From positions 96,001 to 160,000 of the forward strand of contig JBEKYR010000007.1 in NCBI GenBank assembly GCA_049510745.1: a stretch of DNA of 64,000 nucleotides, given 5' to 3'. The DNA is from Verrucomicrobiota bacterium (GTDB lineage: Bacteria > Verrucomicrobiota > Verrucomicrobiia > Limisphaerales > Palsa-1400). The translations under genes and the position numbers were made by a program. Under the pieces are notes generated by a model, which made no database searches, had not been told where the DNA came from, and saw only the letters and a program-made list of their open reading frames with translations. This document shows, piece after piece, positions 1 to 11,054 of the stretch. Within the stretch, counting starts at the first letter, position 1, and every line of letters begins with the position of its first letter.

Positions 1-26
1 GATAATCTCAGGACTGCTTGTGACCC

Positions 27-1559
27 TTACTGCTGCTGGAGACGGAAGAAGGCGGTTTGGCCGGTCGCGTCGTTGGTGAAGACATAATTGGTCCCGACCG
101 TGGCAATCCCGCTGGTGATATTGCTCCAGCTTCCCGAGGACAAGTCAGACGCGGTCTGCAACACATAGTTTGGAACGGAGGCCGGCCACGAAATGACGAC
201 TTGATCGCCCGTCGCGGAGATTCCCAGCGACGGCACAGGCAAGGTCAATGAAAACACCGCACCGTTGCCTCGAACGCCGCCGGTCAGCGTCGTTCCATAC
301 AGTACGTTGCCAGAAAGTATCAGACCGGCAGACGGATACGTTCCGTCGCTGTTGATATCGGGATAGGGATAAGGCCAAGAAAATGCCGTGAAATCGTGCA
401 GGCTGGTAAAATTCGAGCCGTCGGTGTTAACGGCGAACGCCGTGCCACCACCCGCGCTGCCGCCTTTGAGCGTCGTTCCATACAGCGTGTTGCCCGATAC
501 AATCAAACCGGCATACGGATAAGCTCCATCGCCGCCGCTGAAATTATAGAGGTTCGTAAAACCCGAACCGTCGGTGTTGAGCGCAAAGACCGCGCCAATG
601 CTCCCAGTGCCGCAAATGGCCGCCGTCCCATAGAGTGTGTTGCCCGATAACACCAACATCCCAGATGGAGGAAGATATTGATTCGCGCCGATAGGGAAAC
701 TATATTGATTCGCGCCGGCGGGGAAACTATGGAGGTTTGTAAAAGCCGAGCCATCAGTGTTAATCCTGAACACCGTGCCACTTCCACCGGCGCCGCCCCA
801 TCCTGTCGCTCCGTACAGTGTGCTGCCCGATATAATCAAACCGACATCCGGATCAGCTCCGTCGCTGTTGGTAAAAGGAGGAGGATTTGTAGTGAAACTG
901 TACAGGATCGCAAAGCCTGAGCCATCGGTATTTATTGCGAACACCGTGCCGTTGCCATTGCTGCCGCCAGTGTTTGCGGTACCGTACAGCGTGTTGCCCG
1001 CTAAAGCCAAGCCGGCAAACGGAAGAGCGCCGCTGCCGTTGAAATTGGAAGGACCATTATTGTTGGTTGGAAAAGAGAGCGCCTCGAAGCTGTACAGGTT
1101 CGTGAAACCCAACCCATCGGTGTTGACGCTGAATACCGTCCCCATGCCGGCACTGCCGCCGTAGTGCGTTGTCCCGCAGAGCGTGTTGGAGAATAGAACC
1201 AAACCGACATTCGGATTGGCGCCGTCGCCGTTGGTTCCGAAATAGTAGTAGGAGTAGATGGAAGGAGGATTTGGAGCCGTGAAATTATGCAAATTCGTAA
1301 AGCCCGAGCCGTCGGTGTTGACCCTGAACACCGTGCCATAGCCAAAGCTGCCGCCATTTGGCGCCGTTCCATAGAGTGTGTTGCCCGATAAAATCACACC
1401 AGCAGGATTAATTCCGTCGGTGTTGGTGTAAACATTAAGGCCAAGAGGTGATGTGAAACTATATATCTCGCTGAAGGTGGCGGGCTGCGCGTGGACCGGC
1501 GGCAGGGCGCTCGAGGAAAACAGCGCCGCAACGAGCAATCCAGCCATCCTGAATTTCAT
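27..1559 (-). CDS. Secreted GloVer (Gloeobacter/Verrucomicrobia) tandem-repeat beta-propeller protein with C-terminal sorting-like domain
   Basis: Signal peptide MKFRMAGLLVAALF..VHAQ; about 7 repeats of L.LSGNTLYGT..GG..G.GTVF.VNTDGS.FTNL..F; tail ISW..YVLQTASDL..W..FFRL. ATG at 1559 preferred over the ORF-track start 1619. Confidence 0.85.
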   Translation of the reverse strand: MKFRMAGLLVAALFSSSALPPVHAQPATFSEIYSFTSPLGLNVYTNTDGINPAGVILSGNTLYGTAPNGGSFGYGTVFRVNTDGSGFTNLHNFTAPNPPSIYSYYYFGTNGDGANPNVGLVLFSNTLCGTTHYGGSAGMGTVFSVNTDGLGFTNLYSFEALSFPTNNNGPSNFNGSGALPFAGLALAGNTLYGTANTGGSNGNGTVFAINTDGSGFAILYSFTTNPPPFTNSDGADPDVGLIISGSTLYGATGWGGAGGSGTVFRINTDGSAFTNLHSFPAGANQYSFPIGANQYLPPSGMLVLSGNTLYGTAAICGTGSIGAVFALNTDGSGFTNLYNFSGGDGAYPYAGLIVSGNTLYGTTLKGGSAGGGTAFAVNTDGSNFTSLHDFTAFSWPYPYPDINSDGTYPSAGLILSGNVLYGTTLTGGVRGNGAVFSLTLPVPSLGISATGDQVVISWPASVPNYVLQTASDLSSGSWSNITSGIATVGTNYVFTNDATGQTAFFRLQQQ

Positions 1560-1637
1560 TCTGTCGCTCCGGTTCTCAGTTCCATTCTCCGGCCGCGAGC
1601 ATGGTCTCCTTTCCTCCACCAGTCACGATAAATTTTG

Positions 1638-1703
1638 CTTAATCCTGCTCCTAATCCCTGTCTTGCCCTTCAGTCCGGGAAGAGGACTAAAAGCAAGATT
1701 AAG
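1638..1703. repeat. Imperfect intergenic inverted repeat built from 6-bp periodic units
   Basis: CTTAATCCTGCTCCTAATCC (1638-1657) pairs with GGACTAAAAGCAAGATTAAG (1684-1703). Confidence 0.6.
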
Positions 1704-1704
1704 A

Positions 1705-2649
<945 letters not shown>

Positions 2650-2667
2650 AAGCAATTGGGCGTTACT

Positions 2668-3381
2668 TTAAAACTTCAGATTCCATTCATCCCGCGAGTA
2701 TTTCTCCGCCACCAGCCGGCGGCAATCCGGCGCCACCCGCAAGGGCGCCTCCGCCGGCCAGCAGGCGCGCAACGCGCCCCGGATGGCGGAGGCGGGCACA
2801 TCCAGGTTGGTCAGAAATCGGGCATGGGGCCGGCCCTGCCGATAATCTGGCTGACGGGACGGCATTGTCAAAAACCTTTCCATCAAACCGAGGTCGAAAG
2901 ACCACAAAAATGTGCCGTGAAACAGCAGCGCGCGGCGTTTGCGCCGCTGGGCGTTGCCGGAGAATTTCATCCCGCCGACGGCCAGATCGGTGATCCCCTG
3001 GACTTGCACGGCCCGGCCCAGCAGGGTGGACAAGGCCCGGCGGTGCCGCTCCATAATATGGCGGTTGGCGGAGGGGATGGTCCGCCAAGACGGGTCGGCT
3101 TCGATCTTCAAGACCAACGAATAGTTCAGGCAGCCCGGCCCTTGCAACACCGTGCCGCCGCCGCTGCACCGGCGGAACACCCCGATGCCCGCCCGCCGGC
3201 AGGCCTCCAGGTTCACCTCGCGCGCCACCGCGTTGGAGAAGCCGGCGACGACAAAATAGTCGCGCGGCTCCCAAAAGCGCAAAACCTCGCCGCCGGCCCC
3301 TTCGTCGCAGGCGTCGAGCAAGGCCTCATCGCAGGCCAGATTGGCGGCGGCGGAGGGCAGGGTTAGATCAAGGTATTCCAC
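2668..3381 (-). CDS. Lipoate-protein ligase A family protein (catalytic domain only)
   Basis: NLACDEALL, RRCSGGGTV, KFSGNAQ, HGT motifs; divergent from the PDH operon. Confidence 0.85.
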   Translation of the reverse strand: MEYLDLTLPSAAANLACDEALLDACDEGAGGEVLRFWEPRDYFVVAGFSNAVAREVNLEACRRAGIGVFRRCSGGGTVLQGPGCLNYSLVLKIEADPSWRTIPSANRHIMERHRRALSTLLGRAVQVQGITDLAVGGMKFSGNAQRRKRRALLFHGTFLWSFDLGLMERFLTMPSRQPDYRQGRPHARFLTNLDVPASAIRGALRACWPAEAPLRVAPDCRRLVAEKYSRDEWNLKF

Positions 3382-3521
3382 AGGTCGCCGCCGGGAGTCG
3401 GCTGTCGGTTTCGTATTTCATTTGTCACGAGCGAGTTTACGCCTTATAGTAAGGTCTTGCAGTCGGGACCGGTTTCAACTTTAAACATTAATTTTGAACT
3501 TTGAACTCTGAACTGGCGAAA

Positions 3522-6257
3522 ATGGAAACGGTAAAGACAGGAAAACTCAACACCCCTTCCTCTTTCCCGGCGAAACGCATCGGGGCAGAGTCGCAGGCGG
3601 CGTCGTTGGCGCGCGATCCGCTTCAGTCGCTGGAGGATGTGGTCGAGTTCCTGCTCAAGAACCAGGGCCGCGAGAAGGCCAGCCAGCTCCTCTCCAGCCT
3701 GGCCGAGCGCCTGCGCAGCGACGGTTTGGACGTGCCGCGCACGGTCAGCACGCCGTATGTGAATACGATACCGGTCGAGAACGAGCCGCCTTATCCCGGC
3801 AACCGGGAAATCGAGCGCCGCATCAAGAGTCTGGCCCGGTGGAACGCCATGGCCATGGTCGTCAATGCCAATCACGCGGACACCGGGGTTGGGGGCCATA
3901 TCTCCAGTTACGCCTCCATGGCCACGCTCTACGAGGTGGCGTACCATCATTTCTTTCACGGGGGCGACGGCGGGCGGCGGGCGGATTTGATTTATTTCCA
4001 GGGCCACACCACGCCGGGCAATTACGCCCGCGCTTTTTTGGAATATCGTCTGGACGAGGGGCATTTGCACAATTTCCGCGCGGAATTGGCCCAGGGCGGC
4101 GGCCTTTCCTCCTATCCCCATCCGTATTTGATGCCCGATTTCTGGCAGTTTCCGACCGTGTCCATGGGTTTGGGGCCGCTCATGTCCATTTACCAGGCCC
4201 GTTTCCTGCGCTATCTGTGCGCGCGCGGATTCCTCAAAGCGGAGGAAGAGCCGCGCGTCTGGGCCTTCGTCGGCGACGGTGAAAGCGACGAGCCGGAGAC
4301 GCTCGGATCGATCACGCTGGCGGCGCGGGAAAACCTGGACAACCTGGTCTGGGTCGTCAACTGCAATTTACAGCGCCTCGACGGCCCCGTGCGGGGCAAC
4401 GGCAAAATCATCCAGGAATTGGAGGGCCTCTTTCACGGGGCCGGCTGGAACGTGATCAAGGTGATCTGGGGTTCGAGTTGGGACGAACTTTTGGCGGCGG
4501 ATACCTCCGGCCTGCTTGTCAAACGCATGGGCGAAGCCGTCGATGGCGATTACCAAAAGTACACCGTCGAAACCGGCAGTTACATCCGCCGCCATTTCTT
4601 CGGCAAGTACCCCCAATTGCTGCGCCTGGTTGATCGTTGGTCGGACGATCAATTGACCCGTTTGGTGCGGGGCGGGCACGATCCCAAAAAGGTGTTCGCG
4701 GCCTACCAGGCGGCGGTCGGGCACAAAGGCGGCCCAACAGTCATCCTGGCCAAGACGATCAAGGGCTACGGGTTGGGCGAAGCCGGCGAGGGCCGCAACA
4801 TCTCCCACCAACAGAAAAAAATGAACGAAAAGGAGCTGCGGGAATTCCGCGCCCGATTCGACATTCCCATTCGGGACGAAGACGTGGTGGAAACGCCCTT
4901 CTATCGTCCGCCCAAGGACTCGCCGGAGATCAAGTACTTGCTGGCGCGCCGCCGGAAGCTGGGGGGATTTGTGCCCAAACGGGTGGTCAAGGCCGACCCG
5001 TTGCGCACGCCGCGGGCGGCGGCTTTCCCGGAGTTTTTCAAGGGATCGGGAGCGGCCGAACCCTCCACCACCATGAGTTTTGTCCGCCTTCTGAGCAGTC
5101 TGCTGCGCGACAAAACCGTTGGCCGCAACGTCGTGCCGATTATTCCCGACGAAGCGCGGACCTTCGGCATCGACGGGTTGTTTAAGGAGATTGGCATTTA
5201 TTCCTCCAAAGGGCAGCTTTACGAACCGGTGGACAAGCAGGGAATGAGCTATTATCGCGAGGCGAAGGACGGCCAGATTCTCGAGGAAGGGATTACGGAA
5301 GCGGGATCGATGGCGTCCTTTGTCGCCGCCGGCACGGCCTACGCGAATCTGGGCGTCAACATGATTCCGTTTTACATCTACTACTCGATGTTCGGCCCGC
5401 AGCGGGTCGGCGATGAAATCTGGCTGGCGGCCGACAGCCGGGCCAAGGGGTTTCTGCTCGGCGCGACCTCCGGCCGCACGACCCTCAACGGCGAGGGGTT
5501 GCAGCATCAGGACGGACACAGCCTGCTGGCGGCCAGCTCGGTGCCGACTTTGTACGCCTACGACCCCGCCTTTGCCTACGAGATTTCCGTCATCGTTTGT
5601 GACGGGATGCGCCGCATGTTCGAGGACGGCGAGGAAATTTTCTACTATCTCTGCCTTTACAATGAGAATTATCCCATGCCGCCCATGCCCGAAGGCGCGG
5701 AGGAGGGGATCGTCAAAGGCTTGTATAAATTCAACACCGGACCAGCCGGCCTGAAACATAAGGCGCAGATTTTTGGCAGCGGCAGCATTATCCGCTCGGC
5801 GTTGCGCGCGCAACAGATTCTCGCCGAACGCTACGATGTCTCCGCCGATGTCTGGAGCGCCACCAGCTACAAGAACTTGCGCAACGAAGCCTTGCTGGCC
5901 GAGCGCTGGAACCTGCTTCATCCCGCCGAGCCGCCGAAAAAGCCCCACGTCCAGCAACTCCTCGCCCGGGAAACCGGCCCGTTCATCGCCGTGTCCGACT
6001 ACATGAAAATCGTTCCCGATCAGATCGCCAAGTGGGTGCCGGGCGGCCTGACCACTTTGGGCACCGACGGCTTTGGCCGCAGCGATACGCGGCCCCGCTT
6101 GCGCCGCTTTTTTGAAATCGACGCCGAGTGCGTCGTCGTGGCCGCGTTGTCCGCGCTGGCGCGGCGGGGAGAGATCGAGAGCAAGGTCGCGGCCCGGGCC
6201 GTGAAAGACTTGAACGTCGATCCCGAAAAGGCCTTTCCGCAAATCGTCGCGTTTTAA
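3522..6257 (+). CDS. aceE: Pyruvate dehydrogenase E1, homodimeric type
   Basis: GGHISSYAS, PTVSMGLGP, GDGESDEPE..NCNLQRLDGPVRGN ThDP motif, GEGLQHQDG. Confidence 0.96.
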   Translation: METVKTGKLNTPSSFPAKRIGAESQAASLARDPLQSLEDVVEFLLKNQGREKASQLLSSLAERLRSDGLDVPRTVSTPYVNTIPVENEPPYPGNREIERRIKSLARWNAMAMVVNANHADTGVGGHISSYASMATLYEVAYHHFFHGGDGGRRADLIYFQGHTTPGNYARAFLEYRLDEGHLHNFRAELAQGGGLSSYPHPYLMPDFWQFPTVSMGLGPLMSIYQARFLRYLCARGFLKAEEEPRVWAFVGDGESDEPETLGSITLAARENLDNLVWVVNCNLQRLDGPVRGNGKIIQELEGLFHGAGWNVIKVIWGSSWDELLAADTSGLLVKRMGEAVDGDYQKYTVETGSYIRRHFFGKYPQLLRLVDRWSDDQLTRLVRGGHDPKKVFAAYQAAVGHKGGPTVILAKTIKGYGLGEAGEGRNISHQQKKMNEKELREFRARFDIPIRDEDVVETPFYRPPKDSPEIKYLLARRRKLGGFVPKRVVKADPLRTPRAAAFPEFFKGSGAAEPSTTMSFVRLLSSLLRDKTVGRNVVPIIPDEARTFGIDGLFKEIGIYSSKGQLYEPVDKQGMSYYREAKDGQILEEGITEAGSMASFVAAGTAYANLGVNMIPFYIYYSMFGPQRVGDEIWLAADSRAKGFLLGATSGRTTLNGEGLQHQDGHSLLAASSVPTLYAYDPAFAYEISVIVCDGMRRMFEDGEEIFYYLCLYNENYPMPPMPEGAEEGIVKGLYKFNTGPAGLKHKAQIFGSGSIIRSALRAQQILAERYDVSADVWSATSYKNLRNEALLAERWNLLHPAEPPKKPHVQQLLARETGPFIAVSDYMKIVPDQIAKWVPGGLTTLGTDGFGRSDTRPRLRRFFEIDAECVVVAALSALARRGEIESKVAARAVKDLNVDPEKAFPQIVAF

Positions 6258-6266
6258 TTTGATTTT

Positions 6267-7541
6267 ATGGACCTGAAATTACCGCCGCTGGGTGAAGGAG
6301 TTGACTCGGGCAGCGTGGTCAGCCTTTTGGTCAAGGAGGGCGATCAAATCGCCAAAGGCCAGGGGATCATCGAACTGGAGACCGGCAAAGCGGTCGCTCC
6401 GGTGCCTTCCTCCGCCGGCGGGAAGGTGACCAAAATCCTGGTGTCAGTCGGCGACAAGATTTCGGTTGGGCAGACGATTCTATCGTTGGAGGGCGACGCC
6501 GCCGCTCCCGCCAAACCGGCCGCGGCCAAACCCGCCGCCACCCGTTCCACCCGCCCGGTTCCGCTTCCTGTGGAGGAAGGAGCCGCGGAGGAACCCTTGG
6601 CGGAGGAAGACGTTGACCCCAATGCGCCCGCCCCGGCCGCCTCGCCCACCCTCCGCCGCATGGCGCGGGAATTGGGCATCGACCTGCGGCGCATCCACGG
6701 CAGCGAAGCGGGCGGACGGATCGTGATGGACGATTTGCGGGGATACATCCGCCGCCTGCAATACCTGGCCGCGCAACCGAGGACAACCGCCGCCGGCGCT
6801 CCCGCCAAACCGCCGCCGGAACAAATTGATTTCAGCAAATGGGGACCCGTTGCCAAGCGCCCGATGACCTCCTTGCGCAAAGTCATCGCCCAGCGCATGA
6901 GCGACAGTTGGAACGCCGTGGCCCGCGTCACGCAATTTGACGAGGCGGACATAACCGCCCTGGAGGCCCTGCGTCAAAAGCACGCCCCGGCCTACGAAAA
7001 GAAGGGCGCCCGTTTGACCCTGACTGCGTTCGCGCTCAAGATCGTCGCTGAAGCCTTGAAGAAACACCCCGTTTTCAACGCCAGCCTGGACGAAATCGCA
7101 GGCGAGGTCGTTTACAAGGAGTATTATCACATCGGCCTGGCGGTCGATACCGACCAGGGACTGATCGTCCCGGTGTTGCGCGACGTGGACAAGAAAGACC
7201 TCCTGACCCTGTCGAGGGAGTTGGGCGAATTGGCTGTCAAGACGCGCGAGCGCAAAGTGTCGATGGACCAGTTGCAAGGGGGCAGCTTCACCCTTTCCAA
7301 CCAGGGCGGCATCGGTGGAAGCCATTTCACGCCGATCATCAACCGCCCGGAACTGGCCATTCTCGGCCTGGGGCGGGGCGCGCTCAAACCGGTTGTGCGC
7401 GACGGCAAGATCGAGCCGCGCCTGATGCTGCCGCTGGCTTTGTCCTACGATCATCGGGTGATTGACGGCGGCGCCGCGGTGCGGTGCATGCTCGATCTGG
7501 TGCGGGGATTTGAACAGTTCGATGAACAATTGATCGCCTAG
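6267..7541 (+). CDS. aceF: Dihydrolipoamide acetyltransferase E2
   Basis: Lipoyl domain (ETGKA), E3-binding domain, catalytic SYDHRVIDG. Confidence 0.92.
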   Translation: MDLKLPPLGEGVDSGSVVSLLVKEGDQIAKGQGIIELETGKAVAPVPSSAGGKVTKILVSVGDKISVGQTILSLEGDAAAPAKPAAAKPAATRSTRPVPLPVEEGAAEEPLAEEDVDPNAPAPAASPTLRRMARELGIDLRRIHGSEAGGRIVMDDLRGYIRRLQYLAAQPRTTAAGAPAKPPPEQIDFSKWGPVAKRPMTSLRKVIAQRMSDSWNAVARVTQFDEADITALEALRQKHAPAYEKKGARLTLTAFALKIVAEALKKHPVFNASLDEIAGEVVYKEYYHIGLAVDTDQGLIVPVLRDVDKKDLLTLSRELGELAVKTRERKVSMDQLQGGSFTLSNQGGIGGSHFTPIINRPELAILGLGRGALKPVVRDGKIEPRLMLPLALSYDHRVIDGGAAVRCMLDLVRGFEQFDEQLIA

Positions 7542-7559
7542 ATTCAACGAAAATTTACC

Positions 7560-8984
7560 GTGGATTCGATTCATACTGAAATCGTGGTGCTGGGGGCGGG
7601 ACCCGGCGGATACACCGCCGCTTTCTACGCCGCCGACCTGGGCCGAAAAGTCCTGCTTGTCGAGCAGGACAAAAAACTCGGCGGCGTCTGCCTCAATTGC
7701 GGCTGCATTCCCTCCAAGGCCCTCCTGCACGCCGCCAAAATGATTGTCGAGGCCAGGGAATCGGCCCAGCGCGGCGTCACCTTCGGCCCGCCCCAAATCG
7801 ATGCGGACAAATTGCGCGCCTGGAAAAACTCCATCGTGGACAAACTGGCCGCCGGGGTGGGTTTCCTGGCCAAAAAACGCGGCGTGCAGGTCCTGACGGG
7901 CCGCGGCTACTTCGAAGGCTCGCAGACCTTGCGCGTGGAAACCGCCGAGGGACAGCGCTTCGTCACGTTTGACAAGGCCATCGTCGCCGTCGGGTCCAAG
8001 GCCGCGTTGCCCAAGGTCTTTGACCTCGGCAACCCGCGCATCATGACCTCGACCGAAGCGTTGGAAGTTGAGGAAATTCCGGAGGACTTGCTGGTCGTCG
8101 GCGGCGGCTACATCGGCATGGAACTCGGCTCCGTCTATGCCAATCTCGGCAGCAAGGTCGTGGTCGTCGAGGCGCTGCAAAGCATCCTTTCCGGCGCGGA
8201 CCCGGATTTGATCCGCCCGGTCTTGCAGTACGCCCGGAAAACTTTCCGCGAACTTCGCTTCAATACCAAGGTCACGCAGATGTCAACCAAGGGGAAAAAA
8301 ATCCGCGTCGTCACCCAGGGGCCGGACAAGGCGGAGACGGAGGAATTGTTTGATCGCGTCCTGGTGTCCGTCGGGCGCGTTCCACGCTGCCACGATTTGG
8401 GCCTGGAAAACACCAAAGTCGTGCAGGACGAGCGCGGCTTCATCCAGGTCAACGACAAACAGGAAACCGACGACCCGGCCATCCTGGCCATCGGCGATAT
8501 TGCCGGGGGCGTCCTCCTGGCCCACAAAGCCTCCAAGGAAGCGCGCGTGGCGGTGGAGACCATTCTGGGCGAGCACAGCACTTCCGCCGGCGTCATCATT
8601 CCCGCGGTGGTCTTTACCGACCCGGAACTGGCCTGGTGCGGCTTGACCGAGGCCGAAGCGCGCGCCAAGGGTTTGGAGATCGACGTGGCGAAGTTCCCTT
8701 GGGGCGCTTCCGGCCGCGCGCTCACCTTCGACCGCCCCGACGGCCTGACAAAGTTGGTGGTCGATGCCGCAACGGAGCGCGTCATTGGCATCGGCATGGT
8801 GGGGCACGGAGCCGGCGAGTTGATTGCCGAGGGAGTCTTGGCCCTCGAAATGGGCGCGACGGTCCGCGACCTGGCCGAGACAGTTCATCCGCATCCCACA
8901 CTTTCGGAAACGATCATGGAAGCGGCCGAAGCTTATTACGGCGTCTCGACTCACACCTTCGCGCCCAGAAAGCACGAGGAATAA
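7560..8984 (+). CDS. lpdA: Dihydrolipoamide dehydrogenase E3
   Basis: GAGPGG, GGVCLNCGCIPSK, HPHPTLSE. Confidence 0.96.
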   Translation: MDSIHTEIVVLGAGPGGYTAAFYAADLGRKVLLVEQDKKLGGVCLNCGCIPSKALLHAAKMIVEARESAQRGVTFGPPQIDADKLRAWKNSIVDKLAAGVGFLAKKRGVQVLTGRGYFEGSQTLRVETAEGQRFVTFDKAIVAVGSKAALPKVFDLGNPRIMTSTEALEVEEIPEDLLVVGGGYIGMELGSVYANLGSKVVVVEALQSILSGADPDLIRPVLQYARKTFRELRFNTKVTQMSTKGKKIRVVTQGPDKAETEELFDRVLVSVGRVPRCHDLGLENTKVVQDERGFIQVNDKQETDDPAILAIGDIAGGVLLAHKASKEARVAVETILGEHSTSAGVIIPAVVFTDPELAWCGLTEAEARAKGLEIDVAKFPWGASGRALTFDRPDGLTKLVVDAATERVIGIGMVGHGAGELIAEGVLALEMGATVRDLAETVHPHPTLSETIMEAAEAYYGVSTHTFAPRKHEE

Positions 8985-8988
8985 CGAG

Positions 8989-9690
8989 ATGAAAATCTGC
9001 CTTTTCGGCATTACCGGCATTCCCGCGGGAAAACACAACCTCAAGGACCCGCGCCTGGATCAAGCCGACAAACTGGTCGAGGCGCAACGCAAGACCTACG
9101 CCCAAGTCGATCTGGCCGACGAGAAGGAAATCGCCACCAGCGACGCCATCCTGACCAGCCGCTCCGCCTTCAGCGACCTGTTGATGAAAGACCTCGATTT
9201 CATCGAGACCCGGCTGGGCCGCGAGCCGGGCGAGGCGGAAAAGGCCGTGCTGCAAAAGATGGCCGAGAGCCTGGTCGGCGAGACGCCGGTGTCCGCGATG
9301 AGCTTGACAGCGGACGAACTGGGCGCCATTTCCGCGCACAACTTTTATACCAGCCGTCCGGTGATCGTGGCCGAGGCGGCGGAACTGGCCGCGCCCGAAG
9401 CGTTGCTGCTGCGGGCGTTTCAGCAGGGCGGGGGGATCAGCTTTCTGACTGTCGGCGGCAAGGAGAATCGCGCCTGGCCGATCCGGGCCGGCGCCACCGC
9501 CTGGGAAGCCGCCGGCACGATTCACAGCGACATCCAGAAAGGCTTCATCCGCGCGGAGATCATCAGCTTCGAGGATTTGGTGGCGGCGGGCGGCGAGACC
9601 CAGGCCAAACGCGCCGGCAAACTCCGCCTGGAACTCAAGACCTACGTCCTGCAGGACTACGACGTGGTCAACTTCCGGTTTAACAAGTGA
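8989..9690 (+). CDS. YchF/OLA1-derived protein (TGS/DUF933 C-terminal domain) lacking the G-motifs
   Basis: C-terminus ISFLTVGGKENRAW..AAGTIHSDIQKGFIRAE..YVLQDYDVVNFRFN is YchF-like; no GxxxxGKS/T or DxxG motif; ATG 4 bp after the lpdA stop. Confidence 0.8.
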   Translation: MKICLFGITGIPAGKHNLKDPRLDQADKLVEAQRKTYAQVDLADEKEIATSDAILTSRSAFSDLLMKDLDFIETRLGREPGEAEKAVLQKMAESLVGETPVSAMSLTADELGAISAHNFYTSRPVIVAEAAELAAPEALLLRAFQQGGGISFLTVGGKENRAWPIRAGATAWEAAGTIHSDIQKGFIRAEIISFEDLVAAGGETQAKRAGKLRLELKTYVLQDYDVVNFRFNK

Positions 9691-9737
9691 CTTCCTCCCT
9701 GCTTGCCTGTCGGCGGCGACGGTGGTAATTGTTAAGT

Positions 9738-9968
9738 ATGACTGTTGTTCACATGTCTGAAACGGGGCAAATTGTCGTGCCAAAAGATATCCGCGACCAA
9801 CACGGGTTTGGGTCGGGGAGCGCGTTTGCCGTTTTGGAAAGCAAGTCAGGTGATATTATCTTTCGCCCGGTCAAGGCCGAACCCAAGATGGACTTGGTTG
9901 ATCATTTGCTGCGGCTTAAGGGCGTCGAAATCCCGGAGCGGACCCACTTCTGTCCACCCCAGACGTGA
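9738..9968 (+). CDS. AbrB/MazE-family antitoxin (VapB-like)
   Basis: MSETGQIVVPKDIRDQHG SpoVT/AbrB signature; its stop overlaps the toxin start (GTGA). Confidence 0.85.
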   Translation: MTVVHMSETGQIVVPKDIRDQHGFGSGSAFAVLESKSGDIIFRPVKAEPKMDLVDHLLRLKGVEIPERTHFCPPQT

Positions 9969-10390
9969 CGTATTTGCTCGATACAAACGTCGTTTCCGAA
10001 GCCTCCAAGCCGGTGCCCGACGTGCATTGCGTGGCTTGGCTCAAGTCCAAACGAGGGGACTGCGCTCTTTCCACCATTAGCTTGGCGGAGCTGCGCTACG
10101 GGATCGAACGAATGCCCGACGGCAAGCGCAAATCGGCCGCGGAATCAGTCTTCCAGTTTCTTTGTGAGGACTACGCCGGTCGATTTCTGGAATTTGACGG
10201 GCCTTCTGCCGCCGAGTGGGGTCGCTATGCTGCCGAGCTGGAGGCAACACATGGGTCGGGCTGGTGGAAGCAGTTTGACTTGCGGGATACCCAGATTGCA
10301 GCCATCGCACGCGAATATGGCCTCACTGTGGCCACGCGCAACGTCCGGCATTTTCCATTCTGCCCGACGGAAAATCCGTTTCAGGCTTGA
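9965..10390 (+). CDS. vapC: PIN-domain VapC toxin
   Basis: YLLDTNVVSE, ELRYG, DTQIAAIA, VATRNVRHF. Confidence 0.9.
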   Translation: MTYLLDTNVVSEASKPVPDVHCVAWLKSKRGDCALSTISLAELRYGIERMPDGKRKSAAESVFQFLCEDYAGRFLEFDGPSAAEWGRYAAELEATHGSGWWKQFDLRDTQIAAIAREYGLTVATRNVRHFPFCPTENPFQA

Positions 10391-10398
10391 CCGAACGG

Positions 10399-10944
10399 TT
10401 ATTTGAGCGCCGCCTCAACGGCCTGCACCAGGTCCGCCGCGTCCGGTTTGACGGCGGGATCGAAGCGTTTGACGACCTGGCCGTTGCGGTCAATTAGAAA
10501 TTTTTGAAAGTTCCATTTGATTTCGCCGGGAAAGGCGGAATCGGGGCCGGTCAAGGCGGCGTAGAGCGGGCATTTTTCCTTCCCCTTGACGTGGACCTTG
10601 GCCAGGAGCGGAAAAGTCACGCCGTATTTCTCCGTGCAGAACGCCTTGATCTCCTCCGCCGTGCCCGGTTCCTGCCCGAGAAAATCATTGGACGGCACCC
10701 CGATCACCACCAGGCCCTTGTCCTTGTATTTTTCGTAAAGGGCTTCCAGGCCCGCGTATTGCGGAGTGTAACCGCACTTGGAGGCGACGTTGACGAGCAG
10801 AACCACCTTGCCCGCGTACGATTTGAGCGACGTGTCGTTGCCGTTGATGTCTTTCAAGGGAATGGACTGCAGCGCGGAATCCTTGTCCGCCCGCGCGATC
10901 TGCGCCATCGCCATCACGGCCAAAAAGGAAAGAAGTGTCTTCAC
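10399..10944 (-). CDS. Exported Cys-type glutathione peroxidase
   Basis: VNVASKCGYTPQY, PSNDFLGQEPG, IKWNFQKFL; signal peptide follows GTG at 10944. Confidence 0.9.
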   Translation of the reverse strand: MKTLLSFLAVMAMAQIARADKDSALQSIPLKDINGNDTSLKSYAGKVVLLVNVASKCGYTPQYAGLEALYEKYKDKGLVVIGVPSNDFLGQEPGTAEEIKAFCTEKYGVTFPLLAKVHVKGKEKCPLYAALTGPDSAFPGEIKWNFQKFLIDRNGQVVKRFDPAVKPDAADLVQAVEAALK

Positions 10945-11054
10945 GACGGCCAATTTGCCACCGGCGCCGGCGATGTCAACGGCCTTTCGGTCGTGGCTAC
11001 TTTGAAAAAAGACTTCCGCCCGGCCCGGTTGGCATGATAAACTAAGGGTCATCT

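Noticed and set aside
250..1450. Recurring DNA repeats that could mimic a CRISPR array
   Set aside because: Degenerate coding repeats of the GloVer protein; no identical repeat-spacer structure and no cas genes
4368..6242. Long antisense ORFs (624 aa here; also 6480-8180, 15016-16368, 24584-26452, 27317-28681)
   Set aside because: Shadow frames of well-supported genes in high-GC DNA, with no motifs of their own
10774..10780. Selenocysteine in the glutathione peroxidase
   Set aside because: The active-site codon is TGC (Cys) and there is no in-frame TGA
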